DNA of 64,000 bases from Patescibacteria group bacterium (GCA_022703645.1 JAKLDG010000001.1:338814-402813), one strand, 5' to 3'. Numbered from the stretch's first letter, positions 55,501 to 61,220 are shown. Translations and numbers: made by a program. Notes: generated by a model not told the origin, from the letters alone.

Positions 55501-57534
55501 ACTGATGGCAATCTGGTAGACGGTACGGTATATAATTATCTTGATTCAGTAGATGGGGGAACGATTATTTATAAATCAAACATTGATCCTAATGGTATGT
55601 CTGATATCTCAACTACAATAACTGGCCATACTTACTGCTACAAGATGTTCGTAGAGTATAATGGAGAAACTACTAATACTATCTATTCTAATGAAATGTA
55701 CTTTCAAATCACTCCTCCAAATAATCCTCCGACTCTTTCCGCTCTTTCTGTTGTTCAAACAATAGGTAGTGACGATGTTGTAATCGGATTTACTATTAAT
55801 GATCCGGATGGAATTGACGCTGGCAATCTCTCAGTCGCTTTATCAATTGTTAACCCTCCAGAAGGATGCAGTATCGGTACAATATCTGGTTCTTTGACTG
55901 GTTTATCAAATGGTAGTTATTCGGTTACTTGGACTGATGCCGATACTACTTGCCCTGGGCTTGAATTATCTAATGCTGGTTTAGAGTTTATTGCTCACGA
56001 CCTGATAGATTATTCATCTGCGCAGATAAGCAGTTTTTTACTCGACACTAAAGCGCCTACACTAATAGAGGGGCTAACATATGACCCACCAACCGCAGAT
56101 ACTATTGTAGTACGCCTAAGCACCAATACATTCTTCTTAAATCCTTTGAGTGTTGATCAAAATCTAAAAGGAGGAGGAAATAGCTTTAAGATTTACTACA
56201 AACAAGACAGTACCGTTTCAGAATCCGATACACAATTAGCTGCCTTTGATAATTATATCTTAGGGCAAGACTATACGGCCACACCATTAGGATCTAATTC
56301 ACAATATTCATTTAATATCTGGGCTTATGATAACTATGGACATAAGACAGCATATACTGATCCAGTCAAGCCAACTACCAGCGGTCTCAACGGACCACCA
56401 GTAGTACAATATGTTGCTCAACCAGTCCAAGCTGCTGGTACTGGTAATATCAATTTCAGTTTTGAAGTAAAAGATCCAGACTCGGATGGTTTAACTATCA
56501 CATTCTCACTAATTAATAATCCAGTCGGTTGCAGTATCTCTGGCGTTACTGGGTTTACCAATCCTGTATCCTCCACCAGTACTTTTGCAACAATTATCTC
56601 CAGCTGGAATGCGAAATTAACTTGTGATGGAGCGGATCAGTCTGACCTCAAGATCAGAATTAGCGCGGATGATGGAAACGGACATACAGCAACTATTGAT
56701 TCAGATCCATTTACTATCGATACGAAAAATCCTGTCTCTCCAGGAAACCTATCATTCCCAGCAGGAACTACTTTTGCGAATCAGGTTAGTGTAAAGACAA
56801 ATACTATTTCCGGTAGCGATACTAATGCCGATGATTGGCATGTATATAGGGTTGATGGAAATACTTTCCCAACGGATCCATTCTCTCCTGCTCTAACTCC
56901 AATTAAATTATATGATCCTTATATACCAGATGACGTATTTATTGATTCGGGGTTAACGCCAGATTCTGATTATACTTATAATATCTGCCTGCATGATACT
57001 TTTATGAACTTTACCTGCGCAACATCGCAAACTATTCATACACCAGCTTCAATATTAAGCTTTAATATTCTTGGTATTGCCAGTGGAATATCGGTTGGAG
57101 TTGAAACAACTAATATCACTACTACTTCTACAACAATTCCTTTTGGCAGTACTACAGTAGGGGATACAAAGGTTGGAGCGCTTGATCTACAAGGCACAAC
57201 AAATCTGGTTAATGGATATACTATTGATATCAGACAAGACCAAGATTTAACATCAGGAGGCAACACTATTCCTGCCCTTACCTCTACTAACGCTAGTCCG
57301 CAAGTATGGCCACCAACTCCAATTAGTTCTTTCTTTGGATATTCATCAATCAATCTTTCCAGATTTTCAAATGGCGTTAATTGGGCAGGATTAACTTTGT
57401 CTGACCTACCGATAGTAACACAGATAAACGGGACTCATGATGATGATGTTTTATTCAAATTATCCACCAAGAGTCCTCAACCAGCAGGAACTTATCAAAA
57501 CACCATTACTTTCTCAATAATGGCGAATCCGTAG
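46501..57534 (+). CDS. Giant (3677 aa) secreted/surface protein: three Gly-rich beta-helix-like blocks, two LamG-like domains, FN3-like repeats, four Cys-pair/Asp-rich modules, distinct C-terminal domain
   Basis: Single uninterrupted ORF with an N-terminal TM/signal. LamG-type motifs GTGAFTIDTWIYPKS...YMDEFRISKGVARW and GAGDFTIDFWANFSD...YLDEFRIIKGRAAW. The repeated motif FNIWAYD(N/K)YGHKT occurs three times. Confidence 0.85.
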   Translation: MIVVKKKKIPLRPFLILLVLIAGFTLSLGLKPNEKIKAAYSNPCKTAGTYAGYVVDANLNVIIPAYNNAVFGDTFYDSTSKEIHCKSITIETGATLDISPKTTGASKTGGTNYRRLVLDGDLNIASGGTLNLYGGNIYNTGGLNGTGITNDGKGYGMNVMVGGNVLVESGGWISADGKGYEHSKGPGAGVAEPGSQGAAYGGAGPDGTNCYGKYYGSVSDPIELGSGSSLGVGGGVVDITAAGTILIRGVGKITANSIGEGSGGSVRLSANTISSTIDGVNIPSITANGGSGSYYSGGGRIALFYNSSNFGGDIKAIANAYGGAGTVFKKKNIEAYGDLIITNNYQDHTDNPPDYTPYAYTKIGKTKIDSGTYKNITVNKRANAIIESSNIVNINGGTFEVNNSKLENKGTLASQTSAEKFLAKNTARILNSGTGLFSLSANSNAIFDGIDTYFENQNNIIQNFANLTISNGAVMSHAVNDATGVTNCLRNSIDNPVGGAIPPCEYKDWGDGYGKHWNQKYTLRINATSVNIDNKSSIDVSQKGFQTLPGTSGFGPGGSSTAYSIGGYAGGSYGGRGGNDNTGGVSADIYGDSDGDLNNPNDLGSSGDTGYTAGGLVRITVLGDIVNNGSILSNSGTVSNGFAGGSGGGIRLDADRILGAGKISANGMPGTIDLAKGGGGGGRIAITYKTTKDFYGPITAYGGSTDGGPGTILFANNSSGALIDKELVISNSVLNDNPTKIGGGTYKNITVKNTSPTLTDLTLAAIVSGQSVVMQDGGNFEVNQTNLTNSGTISLLAGTSNLVIKGKSNFINIGPTASPGINANSTSKVILDNANFENKNNIEQNFGNLYIQNGAILTHTQNDYLTVNCVNTSCTNQDLGDGNGMHYNQAYTLRIHANNALIDKFSAINVDGKGYDMGRGPGNNGSANSAGSYGGAASSGDSTYGLADNPNDLGSGGYSGSYGDNTGGGLVRVRADGNITVDGFISSDTTSAGSFDGASGGGIKLIANSILGSGSISASSNLTSGNIGGGGRISLIATQKNYSGTVSVNRGGTGANYGTIYDSLAIPTTYGPSATPLTYNTKLSNNTPYIKADSSATTIGVDEGNAVSTGYTPDSDTSLLLKMDNWGDGLIYDSSAKSIPVIKYGTTSFSDTVLKTGTHSLLFNGSTGRLIPDGTFTSNFQYGTGAFTIDTWIYPKSVTTLQTIYSQKNSATPTTNASSLQITTTGQLKYTENGVSIISPVSTIKLGSDVGWQHVALVRDNLGVERLFYNGSVVGTQSSTYSKFSDVGIGCLYQSTNTLFYNGYMDEFRISKGVARWTSDFIPLSDDGNWEKLNLRATRTNPSSDTKLLLHLDGTNGSTTYTDSSPSNHTILRYNTPTISTNTSKFGGASGAFPRVTSPYFDYIYANDNVNDWTFGAGDFTIDFWANFSDNVRQGVLAIGSGAYAPIAFEVVSNNLNVYMTSNGSSWDIASGQPVGQTFGPVTPGVWVHYALTRNGNTFYLFVNGTTVNSFMSSLSLWNNSGALYIGQYFGSVTAFKGYLDEFRIIKGRAAWSNNFTPSTTPYEIYDDPSFNGTVDIGIIDNLAGEYVFSGCNGANCTFSDSKVTARFINGIANLAVKVKDKRDGQIKHHGFSGLKINSVSNVSYINNNQITGAIEIQDRTPERSIPSGPAPAGSITKGTAGATIFPMGAGFSIINNSKGTSQSQQDLGGNLVVRGPLASAPYRLYLDKNIMYKRGDYLNSDGTISSVATDYQVVCVNTADYTQTKIRCNDDLSTSAIPSGLRNYGIYTFNKTYNFYTQNETSNYSAPSISQVLIPASNPTVPVISPLTITPTNGKLNLSWNNPIDNIGQTKTLIVRGIDSIPTFVPSDGTDYNTWSNTTVTGEEMIYDSTNVGAGSEVKNFDDANVFFGTRYCYTIYAQYIGYIYSVGTSACSTLTSIIDPPVNPTITIQGMMINIGWTAPPSGNPDNYLIVRKKGTTEPNWNPTGETADYNIGDTVGDGVVVCKGFSCTDQNVNVNTLPTQYYYKIYAQYGTAAPFSYSVGSTAVSGNPNPENPQKFDNTNEATPSVTLDNLSGPYTPLNTFKIANYLVWKATTPADCSGAWTPTNGADYSGVQGTGNIIYKNPAAPISYIDTAVTNGVGYCYKIFVQYNGETINTTDLMYSSGLSLWTQPPNHNPTISVNSITQTIGTDNVVINFNVNDIDPSDNGKLSVGFAVTNPVSGCSISTLTGPITNLGVGAHSVTWTATTTNGTAGDCPGVEMLAGSAQLTATVSDFIGATGTASPTFSLDTKAPIASSSLILSSKNSNSITVATGATGATDGNIKTTAAYKVYYKQGSTVDEVSGTQILPNINSYVAGQIFTASSLITNQQYSFNIWAYDNYGHKTAATVLNVSTKGKSVTGFTAIVQGMRVHLSWDAMLPAPDKHLVIRKKGTSASTWTPTDGIGIYAAGNTVDADTIVVYHGTGVTLDDDAVDGAAYTYTIFANYSGNLYSEGVSAPSITPNALNASLSAPAYIPNGSNYDIALNWVAPTPSYSLQKYVVVREVGSPTCLIEWTPTKDNNYNALDPTGFTNEEIIYSGTGTTTTDNMGGTGVSSGTNVCYKIFTQYLGDDLAVPTNLVYSAGIAATYVPPNLPPEIEIGSVTALQTTGTENIVIAYRVRDSDSTNLNITFSMIDPGGSTCQMNLTDNLAGIDGTYYTHTATWNAGLAGECPGFEVTNAVIQVTASDSLNSVSQNSAPFLLDTLSPRLPTPTVSNFNLTNFSSTGDKIFFNLGSNSTTDTNALNYKIYYASGGSVDETGILITGAPIAFTPGAAYSVTGLTPGQNYTFNIWAYDKYGHKTSATSVTYSTIVPAPASFSVTPHGMRLSLTWTAPVGGTPDYYLIVRKANSDPIIAPANGSTYNLGDILSGGMVVYNSTGTSLDDDNIDDGPYYYRIYAHYSNGNFSPALAGNAIAVAEGPNTFSATSSPAPVVTYIDTPPTNNFSFENYLIWKKEQPSCTTDGNLVDGTVYNYLDSVDGGTIIYKSNIDPNGMSDISTTITGHTYCYKMFVEYNGETTNTIYSNEMYFQITPPNNPPTLSALSVVQTIGSDDVVIGFTINDPDGIDAGNLSVALSIVNPPEGCSIGTISGSLTGLSNGSYSVTWTDADTTCPGLELSNAGLEFIAHDLIDYSSAQISSFLLDTKAPTLIEGLTYDPPTADTIVVRLSTNTFFLNPLSVDQNLKGGGNSFKIYYKQDSTVSESDTQLAAFDNYILGQDYTATPLGSNSQYSFNIWAYDNYGHKTAYTDPVKPTTSGLNGPPVVQYVAQPVQAAGTGNINFSFEVKDPDSDGLTITFSLINNPVGCSISGVTGFTNPVSSTSTFATIISSWNAKLTCDGADQSDLKIRISADDGNGHTATIDSDPFTIDTKNPVSPGNLSFPAGTTFANQVSVKTNTISGSDTNADDWHVYRVDGNTFPTDPFSPALTPIKLYDPYIPDDVFIDSGLTPDSDYTYNICLHDTFMNFTCATSQTIHTPASILSFNILGIASGISVGVETTNITTTSTTIPFGSTTVGDTKVGALDLQGTTNLVNGYTIDIRQDQDLTSGGNTIPALTSTNASPQVWPPTPISSFFGYSSINLSRFSNGVNWAGLTLSDLPIVTQINGTHDDDVLFKLSTKSPQPAGTYQNTITFSIMANP

Positions 57535-57575
57535 AAACAATTAATCAAGAAAACAAAAAAAACAACAAATCAAAT

Positions 57576-58289
57576 ATGCTAAAAAAAATATCTACAACCC
57601 TTCTCATTACTGCTTCCATATTAATATTCTCCAACCAAGCCTTGGCGCAAGAAACTACTAACACTATCAGCTCTTCTGTTTCTCCAGCGTTAATTAGTCT
57701 CAAATTAGATAAAGGAGAAACTAAAAGCTCTTCTTATGAGTATGTCAATGGTACTGATGATAATCTTATAATTACTATTAGCACTAGAGCCTTTGCTCCT
57801 AGTAATGGGGAACATGGAACCCCGCTATTTATAGACAAAGATGGAAAAAAGGTTACTTCACCCTTAACCAGTTGGATTAAATTAAATGAGAGTAGTATGA
57901 GTGTTAAGAAAGGGGAGAAAGCAACTGTAAACTTTCAGATTAATGTTCCTTCTGATGCAAAAGAAGGCAAATACTTTGCAGCTATATTTAATACAGAAAC
58001 TGATGGGGGGTCAGATAGCGGTTCATTAGTAAAGAAAGAGTTGGGAGTTACTCTGGTTGTTGAAGTTCTCGCCCCCAAACCAATACCAGGCACTACTACA
58101 ACCACATGGCAGAAAGACAATCTTCTTTCCTATATTATTTTTGGTGCTGCGTTATTGGCATTACTATTATTAATTGCTGCGATATTTAAGAGGAAAAAGA
58201 AAACTCCAAAATTCTTCCCGGAAGAGGAAAGGAAAGAGTTAGTAAAGAAAGTAAAACGAAAAGTAAAAATCACCAAAAATAAAAAATAG
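57576..58289 (+). CDS. Secreted beta-sandwich-like protein with C-terminal TM and Lys-rich tail (DUF916-like, inference)
   Basis: Signal peptide, LTSWIKLNESSMSVKKGEKATVNFQINVPSDAKEGKYFAAIF, TM LLSYIIFGAALLALLLLIAAIF, then KRKKK. Confidence 0.55.
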   Translation: MLKKISTTLLITASILIFSNQALAQETTNTISSSVSPALISLKLDKGETKSSSYEYVNGTDDNLIITISTRAFAPSNGEHGTPLFIDKDGKKVTSPLTSWIKLNESSMSVKKGEKATVNFQINVPSDAKEGKYFAAIFNTETDGGSDSGSLVKKELGVTLVVEVLAPKPIPGTTTTTWQKDNLLSYIIFGAALLALLLLIAAIFKRKKKTPKFFPEEERKELVKKVKRKVKITKNKK

Positions 58290-58321
58290 CTCTAATTCGC
58301 TCTAAATGATATAATATAGCA

Positions 58322-59179
58322 ATGAGCAATCAAGACGATGTCCGCATAAATATTTTAGGAATTCCTATCGATCGGGTAGGTTATATTGATGTTTTAGATA
58401 AGATTGAATACTATATAAAAAAAGGCGGGTATCACTATATCGCAACGGTTAATCCAGAGTTTATTATGCACGCGGCGCAAGATAGCGAGTTTAAAAAAGC
58501 ACTACAAAATTCGAACTTAAATACAGCTGATGGCGTCGGAATCGTATGGGCAAGTAAATATCTTGCGAAAACTCAAAAATCAAATCTCAAATCTCAAAAT
58601 TTAAGCATCACTTCGCGATTTATTTATAAAATCAAAAAGATATTCTGGTTGAAAATTTCTTTGTTCTCAATTTTATTTAACCGTCGTTGGCTCTATTCTG
58701 AAATTCCGGAGCGTGTTACCGGAGCAGACCTGATCTGGAAAATAGCAAAAAAAGCGCAAGATGAAGGCTGGAAAATTTTCCTACTTGGAGCAGGGGAGGG
58801 AGTCGCGGGAAACGTTGCGGGAAAATTGAAATCAAAATTCCCGAAAATTAATATTGTCGGTACTTATTCAGGCCGCCCGGAAGAAGAGGGGATTGCTGAT
58901 AGAGTTGCCGGATATGAACCGGATATTTTGTTTGTTGCTTTTGGCTCTCCTCGACAGGAAAAATTCATTTATAACAATTTGGATAAGCTCAATGCAAAAG
59001 TTGTTATTGGAGTCGGTGGAACATTTGATTTTATTGCTGGGCTAGCAAGAAGAGCGCCAAGATTTATGAGGAGATTCGGAATTGAATGGTTATGGAGACT
59101 TGTCTGCCAACCATTTCGAATCGGCAGAATTATCAACGCTTTTCCAAAATTTGTCTGGAAAGTTTGGAGGGGTAAATAA
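58322..59179 (+). CDS. WecB/TagA/CpsF-family glycosyltransferase with ~40-aa insert
   Basis: VNPEFIM, NTADGVGIVWA, ERVTGADL, FLLGAGEGVA, LFVAFGSPRQE, RAPRFMRRFGIEWLWRL. Confidence 0.8.
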   Translation: MSNQDDVRINILGIPIDRVGYIDVLDKIEYYIKKGGYHYIATVNPEFIMHAAQDSEFKKALQNSNLNTADGVGIVWASKYLAKTQKSNLKSQNLSITSRFIYKIKKIFWLKISLFSILFNRRWLYSEIPERVTGADLIWKIAKKAQDEGWKIFLLGAGEGVAGNVAGKLKSKFPKINIVGTYSGRPEEEGIADRVAGYEPDILFVAFGSPRQEKFIYNNLDKLNAKVVIGVGGTFDFIAGLARRAPRFMRRFGIEWLWRLVCQPFRIGRIINAFPKFVWKVWRGK

Positions 59180-59220
59180 TTTGACAAGTAAATTTGGATG
59201 TTGTAAAATAGAAATATAAT

Positions 59221-59245
59221 AGAGTAGAAATACTCTGTTTTTTTG
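59221..59245 (+). terminator. Rho-independent terminator of the 42.9-59.2 kb operon
   Basis: AGAGTA-gaaa-TACTCT followed by a T7 run. Confidence 0.6.
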
Positions 59246-59262
59246 TTTTTAAAATTAATACG

Positions 59263-59340
59263 AAGAAAAAATCTATACCAATAATTAATATACTATAATA
59301 GGATTTTTTCTTAAGAGGAGGAATTTTACGAAAGCTGGAG
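59263..59340 (+). promoter_or_regulatory. Recurrent leader element, copy C
   Basis: AAGAAAAAATC (59263-59273) pairs with GATTTTTTCTT (59302-59312), then AAGAGGAGGAATTTTACGAAAGCT. The loop contains TATAAT. Confidence 0.45.
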
Positions 59341-59393
59341 CAAACAAAATTTTTTAAATTTTGGATGCGAAAGTGAGAGTAAAATTGTGACGA

Positions 59394-60602
59394 ATGAACG
59401 AAGAATTTATTTCCGCTCTCGAACAAATCGCTGAAGAGAAAAAAATTAGCAAAGAATCTATTCTGGAGGCTACTGAATCAGCCCTAGCGGCAGCATACCG
59501 TAAAGATTATGCAAAGCCGTCCCAGACAATCAGATGTAAAATCGACCCCGTAAAAGGTACTACAGAATTCTGGTTGGAGAAGAAGATTGTCGAAGAAGTT
59601 GCCGACGAAAACGCAGAAATATTGCTTGCTGACGCGCTAAAAGAAGACAAAGATGCGGTTATCGATGGTGTTATCAAATACCCGCTGCCAACCAAAGAAG
59701 ATTTTGGCAGAATAGCAGCGCAGACTGCAAAGCAGGTTATTATCCAGAAGCTTAAGGAGGTTGAGCGCGAAGTTGTATTTGATGAATACAAAACACTTGA
59801 AGGCAAACTTTTAAATGGAGTTGTCCAACAGATTGAAGGCGGAAATATTATTGTTGATTTGGGAAGAGCAAATGGCGTTATGTTTCCATCAGAACAAATC
59901 ACCGGTGAAAATTACCGGGTGGGACAAAGAATAAAAGTACTACTTCTACGAGTTGAACAAACAAACAAGGGTCCGCAAATTATGGTTAGCCGCGCGGCTG
60001 ATGATGTTATTAAATATTTATTTATGATTGAAGTTCCAGAAATTGAAGCTGGGTCAGTCGCTATAATGGGAATCGCAAGAGAAGCGGGGGTAAGAACAAA
60101 AATGTCAGTGCGAGCGCTTCAGGAAGGTGTTGACCCAGTTGGATCTTGCGTTGGACAACGTGGCACACGCGTACAAGCAGTTCTTGGTGAAATTGGCAAC
60201 GAAAAAATAGACATTGTGCTCTGGAATGAAGAACCGGAAACATATATTGCAAATGCATTATCTCCGGCCAAAATAGATAGTGTTAAATTAAATAAGAGAG
60301 CAAAAGAAGCTTTAGTTATTGTAAACCCAGACCAATTATCTTTAGCAATCGGTAAAAACGGACAAAACGTTCGCCTTGCCGCTAGATTAACTGATTGGAA
60401 AATAGATGTTATTGAAGTTGGTTCTGAGGCGGCAAAAAGTTTTAAAGAAGATAAAGATGAAGAACAAGAAAAGAAGAAAGTAAAAAAAGAAGAAAGTAAA
60501 AAGAAAAAGAAAAATATAAAGGAGGGAAAAGAGAAAGAACCGGAGAAAAATAAGAAAGAGAAAAAGTCTGCAACAAAGAAAAAAGAAACTGAGAAAAAAT
60601 AA
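59394..60602 (+). CDS. nusA: Transcription termination/antitermination factor NusA with Lys/Glu-rich tail
   Basis: S1 domain GVVQQIEGGNIIVDLG. KH domains VGSCVGQRGTRVQAV and AIGKNGQNVRLAARLT. Confidence 0.95.
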   Translation: MNEEFISALEQIAEEKKISKESILEATESALAAAYRKDYAKPSQTIRCKIDPVKGTTEFWLEKKIVEEVADENAEILLADALKEDKDAVIDGVIKYPLPTKEDFGRIAAQTAKQVIIQKLKEVEREVVFDEYKTLEGKLLNGVVQQIEGGNIIVDLGRANGVMFPSEQITGENYRVGQRIKVLLLRVEQTNKGPQIMVSRAADDVIKYLFMIEVPEIEAGSVAIMGIAREAGVRTKMSVRALQEGVDPVGSCVGQRGTRVQAVLGEIGNEKIDIVLWNEEPETYIANALSPAKIDSVKLNKRAKEALVIVNPDQLSLAIGKNGQNVRLAARLTDWKIDVIEVGSEAAKSFKEDKDEEQEKKKVKKEESKKKKKNIKEGKEKEPEKNKKEKKSATKKKETEKK

Positions 60603-60629
60603 AACACTATAAAAGGAGGTTACCTTTTA

Positions 60630-60851
60630 ATGGCGTATTTTAACATCGCGCTATTTTTGAAAGCATTTGTACCTGCGTGTGTGATTGCCAGTGCTTATGA
60701 TTTTTTATTTATATGGATATATAGAAAAAAGGAAAAAGATGTAAAATATCTGAGGTCATACATCTATGTAATCCTAATCTTCGCAGCGGTTTTTCTTGTT
60801 AGTTATTGGGTTAATTCCGACATAACGGTTTTTACGGATAGTTTAAAATAA
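60630..60851 (+). CDS. Small membrane protein
   Basis: GGAGG 9 nt upstream. Two TM helices. Confidence 0.5.
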   Translation: MAYFNIALFLKAFVPACVIASAYDFLFIWIYRKKEKDVKYLRSYIYVILIFAAVFLVSYWVNSDITVFTDSLK

Positions 60852-60872
60852 ACCGAAAAATTAGAATAGGAG

Positions 60873-61091
60873 GTGGTTGCTATCGATATCAATCTATATC
60901 TTATATTTATTTTTATTGCCGCCTTTCCCGCCTCATATATCGGATTATTAATTAAGAATTATATAGATTATAAAGAAAAAAGAGGGTGGCAGTGGAAGGC
61001 AGCACACCTTCTAATTGATCTTACTGTCTGGGCGCTATTTTTCTTGATTATTCAATTTATTGCAATCCATATTTTTAAATTAAAAGTCTGA
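60873..61091 (+). CDS. Small membrane protein
   Basis: Two TM helices. GTG start has poor SD spacing, so the start is uncertain. Confidence 0.4.
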   Translation: MVAIDINLYLIFIFIAAFPASYIGLLIKNYIDYKEKRGWQWKAAHLLIDLTVWALFFLIIQFIAIHIFKLKV

Positions 61092-61112
61092 GATTCAAAG
61101 ATATAATTTCCT

Positions 61113-61140
61113 TAGCCGCTTTAAAGCGGCTTTTTATTTT
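61113..61140 (+). terminator. Rho-independent terminator
   Basis: AGCCGCTT-ta-AAGCGGCT plus T run. Confidence 0.7.
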
Positions 61141-61151
61141 TCAATGAAATA

Positions 61152-61180
61152 TTGACAAATATTTTGCGTATTTATATAAT
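61152..61180 (+). promoter_or_regulatory. Consensus sigma70 promoter of clpC
   Basis: TTGACA, 17-nt spacer, TATAAT. Confidence 0.7.
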
Positions 61181-61184
61181 AGAG

Positions 61185-61211
61185 TTAGCACTCAACAGGA
61201 CAGAGTGCTAA
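61185..61211 (+). promoter_or_regulatory. CIRCE operator (HrcA binding site)
   Basis: TTAGCACTC-aacaggaca-GAGTGCTAA is an exact match to the CIRCE consensus TTAGCACTC-N9-GAGTGCTAA. It begins 5 nt after the -10 hexamer. Confidence 0.85.
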
Positions 61212-61220
61212 AGCACTCTA

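Noticed and set aside
46836-57353. About 14 minus-strand ORFs (60-147 aa) inside the giant gene
   Set aside because: They are antisense to one uninterrupted 11-kb ORF. Their Pro-rich, low-complexity sequences mirror Gly-rich codons on the coding strand.
46501-57534. Diversity-generating retroelement target in the giant protein
   Set aside because: There is no reverse transcriptase gene in the window and no template/variable repeat pair with adenine-specific mismatches. The only exact internal repeat is 44 nt and identical.
59181-59209. Promoter-like TTGACA-17-TAAAAT immediately after the tagA stop
   Set aside because: It is followed within ~12 nt by the operon terminator hairpin (59221-59245). 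In DNA this AT-rich, such hexamer pairs arise by chance. The leader element at 59263-59340 is the more plausible nusA control region.
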